DNA of 64,000 bases, from positions 1-64,000 of IMG/VR virus record IMGVR_UViG_2765235997_000001, one strand, 5' to 3'. This document shows positions 47,907 to 57,137 of the stretch, piece by piece (the stretch's first letter is position 1; every line of letters starts with the position of its first letter). This DNA comes from a virus. Lineage: Duplodnaviria; Caudoviricetes. Below the pieces are notes generated by a model that saw nothing but the letters and a program-made list of their open reading frames with translations, was not told the DNA's origin and made no database searches. Made by a program: the position numbers and the translations under genes.

Positions 47907-48340
47907 CAGCAGACCTGGCTGCTTTCCTCCGGGCCCGACTCGGCGAGGACCATGAAGCGGCGCGGCTTACCTTCGGAGTGAATGGCATGGCTCGCATCCG
48001 GCGCGGCGAGCCTGCGCCCCGGTGGGTTCCCAGCCCTGAGGGCGATGCGGGGATCTGGGACACGGACGGCACCCCGCGCGTCAAGCACGTGTGGGCGCTG
48101 GAGCGTAACCACATCATCCGCCAGGATCCGGCCCGCACCCTGCGGGAAGTCGAAGCGGCGCAGGCCGTACTGGACCTGTACGAGGAGGCCGGGGACCGCA
48201 TGGACCGGGCCATGAGCGACGGAGACACGGTCGCGTACCAGGAAGCACGGATTGAGCAGAGGACGTTGCGCAAGGTGCTGTTGCGCGAGGCCACCGTCCA
48301 CGAAGCCCACCCGGACTACCTGCCGGAGTGGCGGCCTTAA
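47903..48340 (+). CDS. DUF6221-like protein
   Basis: LAAFLRARL..HIIRQDPARTLREVEA..HPDYLPEWRP. Confidence 0.75.
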   Translation: MTADLAAFLRARLGEDHEAARLTFGVNGMARIRRGEPAPRWVPSPEGDAGIWDTDGTPRVKHVWALERNHIIRQDPARTLREVEAAQAVLDLYEEAGDRMDRAMSDGDTVAYQEARIEQRTLRKVLLREATVHEAHPDYLPEWRP

Positions 48341-48385
48341 CCGTTCCTCCCCCGCCACCCCTGCTCCCCCGGCAGAATGCCCCTC

Positions 48386-48568
48386 ATGGCGAGGTTCACG
48401 GTCCACGGCCGCACCCAGGACGAGTGCCAGCAGGCGCTGGATGACCTGCGCCGGCTGCTGGACGTCGAGGTGACCCTCCCGCCGACAGACCGGCTCGGTG
48501 GGGCGTGGATCGCCCGCGCAACACGAAAGGCCCCGGACCAGACGGTCCGGGGCCTTGCCGTGCGGTGA
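48386..48568 (+). CDS. small hypothetical protein
   Basis: MARFTVHGRTQDECQQAL... Confidence 0.5.
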   Translation: MARFTVHGRTQDECQQALDDLRRLLDVEVTLPPTDRLGGAWIARATRKAPDQTVRGLAVR

Positions 48569-48571
48569 GTT

Positions 48572-49054
48572 TCAGGCGTCGACCATCTGCCGTCGGATGA
48601 CCTCGGCGGCCTCCTCCCACTCCCCCTCGGCGAGCGATCGGGGCTGCTCACCGGTGGGCCTGACGTCGATGGCGTTGACCGGGGTGAGGAGCGGGGTGTC
48701 GCCGTCGAAGTCGCCGAGGTGCTTCCACACGGTGCCGCGCCCGTCGAAGGTAGCCCCGGCGGGGAGGAAGTGGTCGCGCAGGTCGAACTCTTCCCCGGTG
48801 CCGGGGTGAATCCACCGGTTGGCCTTGTCGGCGGCGTCGGCGCAGCGCTGGCACTGGTTGTCGTAGGTGAGGTGCTGGCCGCAGTAGTAGCCGCCGCACC
48901 CGTGTTCGTCGCCACCGGGGGTCTTCCCGCAGAGGTAGCCGAGACCCCGGTCGATCTTCTCTTCGCAGCCGGTTTCCTCGCAGATGGCCTCGACACCGTA
49001 TCCGGCGTGGATGGTCTGGCCGTTGCGGTGGATCTCGTAGTGCGCGTATCCCAT
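48572..49054 (-). CDS. Cys-rich hypothetical phage protein
   Basis: AAGGAGG RBS; CE..GC...IDRGLGYLCG...GCGGYYC. Confidence 0.7.
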   Translation of the reverse strand: MGYAHYEIHRNGQTIHAGYGVEAICEETGCEEKIDRGLGYLCGKTPGGDEHGCGGYYCGQHLTYDNQCQRCADAADKANRWIHPGTGEEFDLRDHFLPAGATFDGRGTVWKHLGDFDGDTPLLTPVNAIDVRPTGEQPRSLAEGEWEEAAEVIRRQMVDA

Positions 49055-49127
49055 GGTGTGCCTCCTTGGTTGATGGTCCCGCCGGTTGCGGGGTGAGTGG
49101 TCGAGATGGGTGTCAGCCGCGTGTCGT

Positions 49128-49277
49128 TCAGTCGTGGCCGTTGAGCATGTGGTCTACGCAATCCGGGCAGTCCTCCCGGGGTGCGAGGTGCTTGTGCTGT
49201 TCGCGGCTGTCGTAGGCGTGCAGCCAGCACTGGGGGCACTCGCCTTTCGGCGGGTTCAAAGCGGTCTTGCTGGCCAT
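49128..49277 (-). CDS. small Cys/His protein resembling those of Streptomyces plasmid transfer regions (pRL2-8-like)
   Basis: Read manually: PPKGECPQCWLHAYD...EDCPDCVDHM. Confidence 0.6.
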   Translation of the reverse strand: MASKTALNPPKGECPQCWLHAYDSREQHKHLAPREDCPDCVDHMLNGHD

Positions 49278-49286
49278 CAGGGACTC

Positions 49287-49799
49287 CTAGCTGTACGTCT
49301 GGTTGCGGGTGTTGGCGATGACGCCGCGGGTGGTGCTGGTGACGGTGCGGGAGTCGTGGTGGACGGTGCCGTGGAAGTGGTTGGTGACCGGCGTCGGAGC
49401 GGCCTCAGCCACTTCCCTGGCGTTCTTCATCAGCCCCTTGAGCGCCAGCACGGGCAGCGTGAGGGCCACGGGAACGGCGACGACGCCGCCGCAGATCCAG
49501 GCGATGACCGTCTCGTTGGCGTGGCCCGAACTCCACAGGACGGCGCTGGCTGCTCCCCCAGCAGCAAGGGTGAGGATGCTGCTGGTGAGGATGGTGACGT
49601 TGCGGTCGACGGCCCGCTGGCTCATCGACGCCCGGCCGGGCTGCTCGACGGGCGGGGCTGATCCGACGACGGGGAGCGGCGTCTCGTCCCGGTGGTAGGT
49701 GGCCTGGCCGATCTCGTTGATGGCGGCCATGAGTTGGTCGGCGTTGCAGCGGATGGTGGTGTCGGGCTGCCCGGCGACGGGCTGCTCGGGCAGCTGCAT
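49287..49799 (-). CDS. 2-TM spread (Spd)-like membrane protein
   Basis: Two hydrophobic helices; downstream of traB. Confidence 0.6.
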   Translation of the reverse strand: MQLPEQPVAGQPDTTIRCNADQLMAAINEIGQATYHRDETPLPVVGSAPPVEQPGRASMSQRAVDRNVTILTSSILTLAAGGAASAVLWSSGHANETVIAWICGGVVAVPVALTLPVLALKGLMKNAREVAEAAPTPVTNHFHGTVHHDSRTVTSTTRGVIANTRNQTYS

Positions 49800-49808
49800 G
49801 GCGGTCTC

Positions 49809-50003
49809 CTAGTGGTTGTCGACGGCCCAGCGGCCGTTCACGGGGCGAATGGTGAAGCCGGGGCCGTTGACCCGGTTCGACACGGGGAAGATCACGCCGA
49901 TGCCCAGGTCGTCGATGGTGTTGAGTAGCTCGGCAACCTGGGCGGCGTAGTCGGCAGCCCGGGTCTCGCGGCGGCGAAGCTCGGCAGGCGTTCCGGTGAA
50001 CAC
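49809..50003 (-). CDS. small hypothetical protein
   Basis: GGAGG RBS; coupled. Confidence 0.5.
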   Translation of the reverse strand: MFTGTPAELRRRETRAADYAAQVAELLNTIDDLGIGVIFPVSNRVNGPGFTIRPVNGRWAVDNH

Positions 50004-50012
50004 GAGGGCCTC

Positions 50013-50594
50013 CTAGGCGATGCGGAAGGTGTCGGGGCGCCGGGTTTCGTGGAGCACCCCGGTGTCGATGAGGTCGGTGACGTGGGCTGCAATCCAGGTG
50101 CGGGAGCGGCCGATTCGGGGTGCGGCTTCGGTGAGGTCGGCGGTGGTGATGCGGTCACGGCCGGCTGCGGTGCGTTCGGCGAGGAGGCCGTGGATGACGG
50201 CGGCGGCGCGTTCGGGGGTGGAGTGGGAGGGCCGATTCTCGGCGAGGTCGTCGCGGAAAAAGGCGAGAAGGCGGCCCTGCTGCCTGGCGGTGATGGGGTT
50301 GGTGGAGGCGAACGCCCAGTGGGGTGGGTAGCGAATTTCGAGGCGTGCGACGGTGGGTTCTGGGTCGTTGTCAACGGTGGTCCAGGTGCGGAGTGCGGCG
50401 GCTAGGACTTTGGCTCGACTCCCGTCCGTTTCGGGGCTTTTCACGGGTTTGTCTCCTGTGTCAGGTCGAGGTGTCATCGGAGGGGCGGTCACGCGCGCGC
50501 ACGCGCATGACCTATAGAGATCGGCCCTCCGGAGGGCTTCTGACACCCGTTCTGACACCTTCGCGGTGTCAGAACGGGTGCCAGACGGTGTCAC
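50013..50594 (-). CDS. hypothetical protein with C-terminal winged HTH (start uncertain)
   Basis: ITTADL...GRSRTWIAAHV..L..TG.L. Confidence 0.5.
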   Translation of the reverse strand: MTPSGTRSDTAKVSERVSEALRRADLYRSCACARVTAPPMTPRPDTGDKPVKSPETDGSRAKVLAAALRTWTTVDNDPEPTVARLEIRYPPHWAFASTNPITARQQGRLLAFFRDDLAENRPSHSTPERAAAVIHGLLAERTAAGRDRITTADLTEAAPRIGRSRTWIAAHVTDLIDTGVLHETRRPDTFRIA

Positions 50595-50740
50595 CGCAGG
50601 TCAGAGGGGGTGTCAGCGCTGACACCTTGAGGTGTCAGACCTCGACCGGCACCGGGTACAGCAGCCGGTAGACCCCCGGCTGGTCCGTTTCTGACAGGTG
50701 AATCCCGGCGTCTGACAGGTCTCCCAGGGCTCCTGACACC
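50458..50740. repeat. clt-like TGACACC/GGTGTCA repeat cluster
   Basis: Exact copies at 50470, 50541, 50553, 50565, 50587, 50609, 50620, 50631, 50734, plus variants, at the 3' end of traB. Confidence 0.75.
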
Positions 50741-52638
50741 CAGGAACGAGCCCTTCCGATGCGCTCCCCCTTACCGAACGGACCGAAGTCCTTCGGGCCG
50801 ATGAACTCCCGTTCCTCGGCTCGGAACTCGTCGAGCATGACCATCAGGGCGTCCATGCCGGCCTCGGGGCTCTTCTCCTCCACGGGGGCCGGCGCTTGGC
50901 CGAACGACCAGGTCTCGGTAGGCGGGGCGATCTCCTGGTCGGCGTCGATGTCGGGCACGAACCCGTCGTCGTCGGGGTCGTCGCCGACCATGGCGTCGAT
51001 CTCGCGGTCGACCTGCTTTTCCAGCAGCGCTTTCTCGGCCTGTTCGTTCTCGTCGTTCGACATGACGATTGCCTCCTGTCGGGTGCTGTCACTGCTGGTC
51101 GGGGGCGTGTCAGCGTCGTATCGGGTGCGGTTGGCGTAGGCGTCACCGGCTGCGGCGGCGGTGACGGGGTCAATGGGGGTGCGGGGCAGGATGGATAGGG
51201 CCCCGGTGATCTGGTCGTCGTCGATGAGGTAGGTGCGCAGCGGGGTGGCGTAGCGGTCTTCGTCGACGCCGGGGGCGACGAGGTAGGCGTAGCCGGGTTT
51301 GCGGTTCTCCCATGCTTCGGGGCGGGCGCCGGCGTCGCGGACGTCGTCGGGGAGGGCCATGTCGGCGGTGGTGGAGCCCTTGACGCCGAAGCAGAGGACG
51401 CCGCCGAGTTGCTCGCGGACATCGGTCGGCATCGACGTGGCGGAGGGACGTTGGAGGCTGATGATGACGCTGATTCCGGCGGACCGGGCCTCCATGACGA
51501 GGCCTTCCATCTCGGTGCCGTTGCGGAAGAACTTGGCGGCCTCTTCGATCCACACGATCATGTACGGCATGCCGAGCTCGTCGAACGCGGCCGGGGTCCA
51601 GTTCTTGTAGCCGTGCCGGCCAAGGTGGTTGGCGCGGGCGGTAATGACCTGCGACAGGGCGTCGATCATCTCGTTGCCACCTGCCTCGGTCATCTCGACC
51701 CAGTCGAGGTGGGGCAGGAACGGAGCGAACGTCTGCTGCCCCTTGGAGGGGTCGACCGCCCAGACGATGGCATCGGGCTTGGTCAGCACTTCGGCCATGG
51801 CGACGCTGATGCCGGTGGACTTCGCTGAGCCGTTCATGCCCGCGGCCAGGAAGTGGGTGGCGTTCCTCTTGGTGTGCGAGTCGAAGGGGAACCAAAGGAC
51901 GGCCACTTCGCCGTCCTCGTAGATCCCGATGGCGATCGGGTCGGTAATGCTGCCGCCCGGGTTGGACGGGCCGGGCCAGATGGTGCTGGTTTTCAGTTCG
52001 TCCTTGGGGACGACGACGAGGGTGGCGCGGGCGGCGTCGTCGGGGTCGGGGATGACGCGGATGCTGTTCGGGGAGACGCCGAGCTCGCTGGCAATGTGCT
52101 TGATGCGGTTGCCGAGGTCGTCGGAGGTGACCTGCCCGGCGGCCAGTTGCAGGGGCACGGTGACTTTGTTCGGCTCGACCTTCGGCTTGCCGCGGAGGGC
52201 GACCTTGGCTTCGCCGATGGCCTTGACGAGGATCCCGGTCTCGGCGTTGCCGCCAGCCTTCTGGGGGTCGACGTTGACGCGGAGGGCCTGGCGGATGTTC
52301 CACGACCCGGCAGCCACCGACCCGCCGATGATGAGGGTGGAGGCGAGGGCCGGGTCGAACGGCCCGACGGCGGTCCCGACGACGAGGTACGAGGTGCCGA
52401 GGCCGGTGGACAGGGTGGCGTGGATGCGCCGGCCGGGCTTGGTGCCCTCCCCCGCCCACCAGGTGGCGGCGGTCAGTACCCCTGCGGCGACGGTGAGGCC
52501 GATCGCGGCGGGCACGGAGTCGCCCCAGTAGTGGTGGGCGGCGAAGGTGGCGGGGACCTCGGCGGCGACTGTCAGCCAGGGCCTCATGCGGGGGTGCTTG
52601 ATGGCCTTCCACAGGTCGGCCTTCTGGCTGTCAGCCAC
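50635..52638 (-). CDS. traB: Streptomyces conjugative DNA translocase (FtsK/SpoIIIE-like TraB)
   Basis: N-terminal TM helices, Walker A GMNGSAKS, Walker B WIEEA, ARSAGI..LQRP, C-terminal wHTH. Confidence 0.85.
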   Translation of the reverse strand: MADSQKADLWKAIKHPRMRPWLTVAAEVPATFAAHHYWGDSVPAAIGLTVAAGVLTAATWWAGEGTKPGRRIHATLSTGLGTSYLVVGTAVGPFDPALASTLIIGGSVAAGSWNIRQALRVNVDPQKAGGNAETGILVKAIGEAKVALRGKPKVEPNKVTVPLQLAAGQVTSDDLGNRIKHIASELGVSPNSIRVIPDPDDAARATLVVVPKDELKTSTIWPGPSNPGGSITDPIAIGIYEDGEVAVLWFPFDSHTKRNATHFLAAGMNGSAKSTGISVAMAEVLTKPDAIVWAVDPSKGQQTFAPFLPHLDWVEMTEAGGNEMIDALSQVITARANHLGRHGYKNWTPAAFDELGMPYMIVWIEEAAKFFRNGTEMEGLVMEARSAGISVIISLQRPSATSMPTDVREQLGGVLCFGVKGSTTADMALPDDVRDAGARPEAWENRKPGYAYLVAPGVDEDRYATPLRTYLIDDDQITGALSILPRTPIDPVTAAAAGDAYANRTRYDADTPPTSSDSTRQEAIVMSNDENEQAEKALLEKQVDREIDAMVGDDPDDDGFVPDIDADQEIAPPTETWSFGQAPAPVEEKSPEAGMDALMVMLDEFRAEEREFIGPKDFGPFGKGERIGRARSWVSGALGDLSDAGIHLSETDQPGVYRLLYPVPVEV

Positions 52639-52677
52639 GGGGTGTTCTCCTGGTTCGAGGTTGGTCGGGGATGTTGG

Positions 52678-53259
52678 TTAGCGCCAGCCGAACTTGGTGG
52701 GGCGCGGCTGCTGGGTGCGGCCCTTGCCGACCTTCCGCAGGTCGGACTCGTACTCACGCTCGAACGTGCCGTAGATCATGGCGGAGTACTTCTGGATGTT
52801 CTTCTCGGCGGCGGCAACCTTCTTCAGCCACCGGGACACCCGGCGGGCGCGGGCGCGGGCTCCGTGGAGGCTGCCTCCTCCGTCGGGGATGGTGCGGAGG
52901 ACCGCTTCGAGGTGGTCGGCGTCCATGGCCCGCTCGGTGGCACGGTTCCGGGACTCCTTGCGGAGGTACTCGCAGAAGGCCCGGATGTCTTCGTTCGACA
53001 TGAAGTCGGAACCGGGGATCTTTCCGCCGGTGCCGGGGCCGGCGCCCCCGCCGGGGGCTGTGCTACCGCCGGCCTTTCCGTTCACGACGGTCTTGTTCAC
53101 GGCGAGTCCGATGGACGGGTTGAAGCCGCCGCCGGTGCGGGTCTTCGAGTTGTCCACGCTGGTCGGCCGGGTGCCGTTGGTGGGTGCGGTACGAGGGCGG
53201 TGCGAGGTGGAGGGCTGGGGCCCTGCCCAGGTCCAGCCCTGGTCGGCGGGACTGCTCAT
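52678..53259 (-). CDS. TraA-like plasmid transfer protein
   Basis: Immediately upstream of traB; Gly-rich N-terminus, EDIRAFC...ARARARRV. Confidence 0.6.
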   Translation of the reverse strand: MSSPADQGWTWAGPQPSTSHRPRTAPTNGTRPTSVDNSKTRTGGGFNPSIGLAVNKTVVNGKAGGSTAPGGGAGPGTGGKIPGSDFMSNEDIRAFCEYLRKESRNRATERAMDADHLEAVLRTIPDGGGSLHGARARARRVSRWLKKVAAAEKNIQKYSAMIYGTFEREYESDLRKVGKGRTQQPRPTKFGWR

Positions 53260-53310
53260 CTCAGTTCTCCTCGGGGTTGATTCGGGTGGTTGCAGAGCAG
53301 CGAGCGGTGC

Positions 53311-54702
53311 TCACTTCTGCTCCTCCGTGGAGGCGTTCTTAGCGGCGATAGCGGCCTGCTTGCGCGCGGCCGAAACGAAGGCGGGAGAGTCCCCCGCCCG
53401 GCGGGTTCCACGGACCCTCGGACCGGTCTTGCTGCCCCTGCCAGCACCAGGGGGCAGATGTGGAACACGCTGCGCGTTCGTGGTCTTGCTGAGGGTGCTG
53501 ACGGGCTTGTTGAGGCGGGCCGCTTCCACCTTCGCCGCAGCCGTGTTCCGCATGCGGAGAATCTCGTCGGACTCCCCCGGCATGGCGCCGTCGACGTCGA
53601 GCTTGGCCTGCTTCCAAATGGCGGGAGTGATGGCCGTCTCACCGAGGTCCGCGGCGAGCTTCAGGGCGTGCGCGTGGACCCGGGGGAACATCTGCTTGCG
53701 GTCGGCGTCCAGCTTGTTGGCGGCATCGCGTGCAGCGTTCTCCAGGTGGGCCTGCCGCTCGGCTTCGAACAGCTCCGCCGCGACCTTCTCTTCGGCCGCT
53801 CGCTTCGCCGCCTTCTTCGCCGCACGCCGCTCCCGCCGGGTGAGCACCCCGTCCCGCCGCCGGATCCGCCCGTGCTCGTGGAGGTCCCACACCCCCGGGC
53901 CGGCGAGCGACGCGAACGCCGTACCGAAAGCGGTCGCCGGGTCGAACGCATCCAACCCGTGCTTCAAGTTGATCCCGGCGGCAATGAACGCGAACACCCA
54001 GGCGACAGTGCGGTAGTGCCAGTGCGGCCGGTTCGCAGCAACAGCTGCCGCGGCACCCTTGGTCACGACAAGCGCGGCACCTTCGAGCATCAGCGGGGCG
54101 ATGACGAGCCAAGGCGCATCACGGTCCCAGAACGCGGCAATCTGCACGGGAAGGGCGACGATCGCGCAGACGGCGTAGAACGCGATGGCGTACTTCCGCC
54201 ACGTCTTACTGGCCTTGGCGACGTCAGCTTCGGCGGCTGCCGCGGTCTGCTGCTGCTCCTGGTGGGCGCGCTCGTCGGCCTGCTGGCCCCGCTCGGCTGC
54301 TGCCCGCTTCCGCTCGGACTCGGCGATGCGGGCGTCCCGGGCCTTCTGCTCCTCGACGGCTCGGGCTTCGGCCTTGTCGTTGGCGAGCTTCAGCTTCCGG
54401 GCTTCCTCGGCCGCCTTCATCTCGGCAGCCTTGGCCTCACCCTCGGCCTTGAGGCGCAGGGCTTCGGCCTCAGCCTCTGCTCGGGCGCGCTGTTCTTCGG
54501 CGTCGGCGTAGGCCTTGGTGCGGATCGCGTCCGCTTCGGCCTGGGCGACGAGGTCGACGGCGGGGGTGGCCGGCTCGGGCTGTGCTTCGGGGGCGGTGGT
54601 GGCGACCGGCTCCTCGGCGGGCGCCGCGAGGAGCGTCTGCCACTCCGTGATCACGGGGATGCGGCGGCGGTGGCCGTTCACCTGGGGCGGGCTGGTCGTC
54701 AC
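53311..54702 (-). CDS. SpdB-like coiled-coil membrane protein
   Basis: Long Ala/Glu coiled coil then four TM helices; in the transfer operon. Confidence 0.65.
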   Translation of the reverse strand: MTTSPPQVNGHRRRIPVITEWQTLLAAPAEEPVATTAPEAQPEPATPAVDLVAQAEADAIRTKAYADAEEQRARAEAEAEALRLKAEGEAKAAEMKAAEEARKLKLANDKAEARAVEEQKARDARIAESERKRAAAERGQQADERAHQEQQQTAAAAEADVAKASKTWRKYAIAFYAVCAIVALPVQIAAFWDRDAPWLVIAPLMLEGAALVVTKGAAAAVAANRPHWHYRTVAWVFAFIAAGINLKHGLDAFDPATAFGTAFASLAGPGVWDLHEHGRIRRRDGVLTRRERRAAKKAAKRAAEEKVAAELFEAERQAHLENAARDAANKLDADRKQMFPRVHAHALKLAADLGETAITPAIWKQAKLDVDGAMPGESDEILRMRNTAAAKVEAARLNKPVSTLSKTTNAQRVPHLPPGAGRGSKTGPRVRGTRRAGDSPAFVSAARKQAAIAAKNASTEEQK

Positions 54703-54733
54703 GGCGAGTGGGTCCTTTCTCGTGGGGTGTTGG

Positions 54734-54913
54734 TCAGTTGCAGTTCGGGCAGTCGGGCTTGCCGCAGACCTCGATCTGGCCGAGCCCCAGGGCGGACGTG
54801 ACCCGGTTGGCGACCTTTCCGCCCCGCTCCCCCGCGACCTTCTGGCCGACGGCGTGGATGGCGCGGGTGGCGGTCTCGGCGGTGCTGACGCCGCTGTTCT
54901 CGCGTCGGGGCAT
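54734..54913 (-). CDS. small protein with C-terminal Cys cluster
   Basis: MPRRENSG...CGKPDCPNCN. Confidence 0.5.
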   Translation of the reverse strand: MPRRENSGVSTAETATRAIHAVGQKVAGERGGKVANRVTSALGLGQIEVCGKPDCPNCN

Positions 54914-54924
54914 AGAGCTCTCCT

Positions 54925-55305
54925 TCATCGGTTGACAACGGGTCGGTGCATGTCGCGGTGCTGGAGGGTGACGGTGTACCCGTTGGCGACGAGCCGGTCG
55001 GCGAGGGCCTGGGCGAAGACAGGGGCCCTGTGCCGGCCTCCCGCGCACCCGTCCGCGACAGTCACGGGGCCGGAGCTGGGGCCTGTAGCGAACGCGTTGA
55101 CCGCGTCCGCCACAGCCACGACGAGGCTGGTGATGCCCGGAGTGCCCAGCACCGCCTGCCGCACCGGGTCATCGGCGGCCGTCATGTACCGGAGCTCCGA
55201 GGACACGTGCGGGTCACGGAAGTGGTGGCGCAGGTCAAGGGTGATGTGCGCGGGCGGCGGCTCACCGTGCAGGTAGCCGAACGAGACGATCTTGACGTCA
55301 GTCAT
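54925..55305 (-). CDS. RapZ C-terminal-like domain protein
   Basis: SFGYLH, DLR.HFRDPH, GCAGGRHR, HRD. Confidence 0.8.
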   Translation of the reverse strand: MTDVKIVSFGYLHGEPPPAHITLDLRHHFRDPHVSSELRYMTAADDPVRQAVLGTPGITSLVVAVADAVNAFATGPSSGPVTVADGCAGGRHRAPVFAQALADRLVANGYTVTLQHRDMHRPVVNR

Positions 55306-55520
55306 GCGGAGCCGCCGGTGAGAGCCGCAGCAGCCTTGGCGACCTCGGCGTAGACGGCGGCAAGCCCGCCATAGACGGCAATGCGGGCATGGTTGAACTC
55401 GTCGGTGCCGCGGTCGCTGGTGGCGTACCGGTCGGCCCGGTCGGCGTACTTCACGGCCTTCGCCAGGGCGTGGGCGCCGATCTCCTGCGGGGTCATGGCG
55501 GTCTCGGTCTGCGTGGTCAT
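55302..55520 (-). CDS. small hypothetical protein
   Basis: AAGGAG RBS; coupled. Confidence 0.55.
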   Translation of the reverse strand: MTTQTETAMTPQEIGAHALAKAVKYADRADRYATSDRGTDEFNHARIAVYGGLAAVYAEVAKAAAALTGGSA

Positions 55521-55537
55521 GACGGGGTCTCCTTGGG

Positions 55538-55930
55538 TCAGGTGGCGAGTGCGAGTGCGGCAATGCAGATGGCGGTGATGTGGCCGGCCTGGTCGACGTG
55601 GGCTGCCCCGCCGTTCTGCGCCCACCCGGTCTGCCGGGCGAACCGCATCCACCGGGCGACAGGCCACCGGCGGTCGATGAAGGCGTGAGAGCCGGTGATC
55701 CACAGCAGGGCTGCGGCGGCGGGGAGGAAGTCCAGGTCCAAGCCGAGGGCGATCCGCCCGGCGGCCAGGGCCAGCCCGGAAACCGCCAGATGCACCCCGG
55801 CGTGGGCCAGGTTTGCCCGCCACCCCGCCGCCCCGCAGTCGGCCTTGTGCTTGGCCTGGCGATCCGTCTGTCCCGGGTAGTCCGCGAGCAGATGGGCGAC
55901 GTACAGCAGGATGAACAGGGTGGCGAACAC
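55538..55930 (-). CDS. DUF3307-like membrane protein
   Basis: AHLLADY..Q, HAFIDRR, DQAGH. Confidence 0.75.
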   Translation of the reverse strand: MFATLFILLYVAHLLADYPGQTDRQAKHKADCGAAGWRANLAHAGVHLAVSGLALAAGRIALGLDLDFLPAAAALLWITGSHAFIDRRWPVARWMRFARQTGWAQNGGAAHVDQAGHITAICIAALALAT

Positions 55931-55939
55931 GGGGTGCCC

Positions 55940-56425
55940 CTACTGCCCGGTGATCAGGTTGAGTGCGGCGGTGACGGTGCCGGGGAGGGTGGTGCAGACA
56001 GGCACGTTGTGGCGGCGGGCCACGTAGGCCAGGTAGCGGTTCCGCTCCGGGTTGGGGCAGTCGTCGGGAATCCCGAGGACCGCCCGGCCGCTGGTGGCGT
56101 CCAACCCGAACTCGACGTTGGTCGTCATGCCGGGCATCGTCTTCAGGTCCCGGGGGATCCAGAAGAGGATCGCGGTGGCAGCGGCGCGGGCGTCGGTCTC
56201 CCAGTCGACCTGCGTCTCGTACCGGTCGGCCCGCACCCCGTTGCGGGACTCGGGGCTCAGTACAGTCAAGGTCTGCGGGCCGGCCCACTGCTCGGTCAGG
56301 ATCTTGAGGGCGGTGGGCCGCCACGACGGAACCGGGTTGCTCTTGTCCGGAGTCGGCCCCGCCAAGAACACCGACGGGCCGACGGGAAGGGGCTCGCGGG
56401 CCATGACCAGCTTGACGATGCTCAT
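55940..56425 (-). CDS. nucleoside 2-deoxyribosyltransferase-like protein
   Basis: SVFLAGP, WE, ILFWIP, TTNVEFG. Confidence 0.8.
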   Translation of the reverse strand: MSIVKLVMAREPLPVGPSVFLAGPTPDKSNPVPSWRPTALKILTEQWAGPQTLTVLSPESRNGVRADRYETQVDWETDARAAATAILFWIPRDLKTMPGMTTNVEFGLDATSGRAVLGIPDDCPNPERNRYLAYVARRHNVPVCTTLPGTVTAALNLITGQ

Positions 56426-56790
56426 GCCCCTGCCCCCTTCGCAGCGGCGCGGGCCTCGTGCTGCGGGGTCCACGGCAAGGGCAGGTCGTCGCCGTCCCGC
56501 CGGGGGACGATGTGAACGTGCAGGTGGAACACGGACTGCGTCGCCTCGACGCCCTTGCTGGTGATGAGGTTCGCGGCCGGCAGCTCGGCCATCAGCTCGG
56601 CTGCCCGCCCCATCACCGCCCTGGTGACCTCAATGTCGACACCGGCGTCCTCAACATGGACACGCGGCAGAACGAGCACATGGCCTCCGTTTACCCCGCC
56701 GCGAGGGCGGATCGCGAGCGCATCGGGCCACTCGCGGACAATCGTGGCCGGGGCGTCGCCGGCGGCAATGGCGCAGAAGACACAGGACAT
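56422..56790 (-). CDS. HIT-family nucleotide hydrolase
   Basis: CVFCAI, GHVLVLPR.H, QSVFHLHVHIVPR. Confidence 0.92.
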   Translation of the reverse strand: MSCVFCAIAAGDAPATIVREWPDALAIRPRGGVNGGHVLVLPRVHVEDAGVDIEVTRAVMGRAAELMAELPAANLITSKGVEATQSVFHLHVHIVPRRDGDDLPLPWTPQHEARAAAKGAGA

Positions 56791-56829
56791 GCGGGGCTCC
56801 TAGAGCAGGTGATGGGGCGGGCTGCCAGG

Positions 56830-57042
56830 TCAGGCGTGGTTGGGCTTCCAGGTTCCGTTGTCCAGCTGGTTCAGCTCGTCGAGGTTCTCGTCGGCGGCCC
56901 GCCGCATGGACTCGGCGAGGCCGTGCTGGCCGTTCGCGGCGGCGTCACGCTGCGCCTGCCGGCTGTTCTGGATGTCGGCGGTGATGTCGGCGCGGGTCTG
57001 CTCGGCGGACTGGCTCTTGAAGAAGTGACGGGCGCTGGCCAT
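56830..57042 (-). CDS. small hypothetical protein
   Basis: AAGGAG RBS. Confidence 0.6.
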   Translation of the reverse strand: MASARHFFKSQSAEQTRADITADIQNSRQAQRDAAANGQHGLAESMRRAADENLDELNQLDNGTWKPNHA

Positions 57043-57137
57043 GGGGTTCTCCTTGGGTTGGTGTCGGGTCCGGGTGACTCCCGGGCCACTCCGCCGCCAC
57101 CAACCCGGGGTTGGGGACGACAGGGCAGGCCGGAGGG

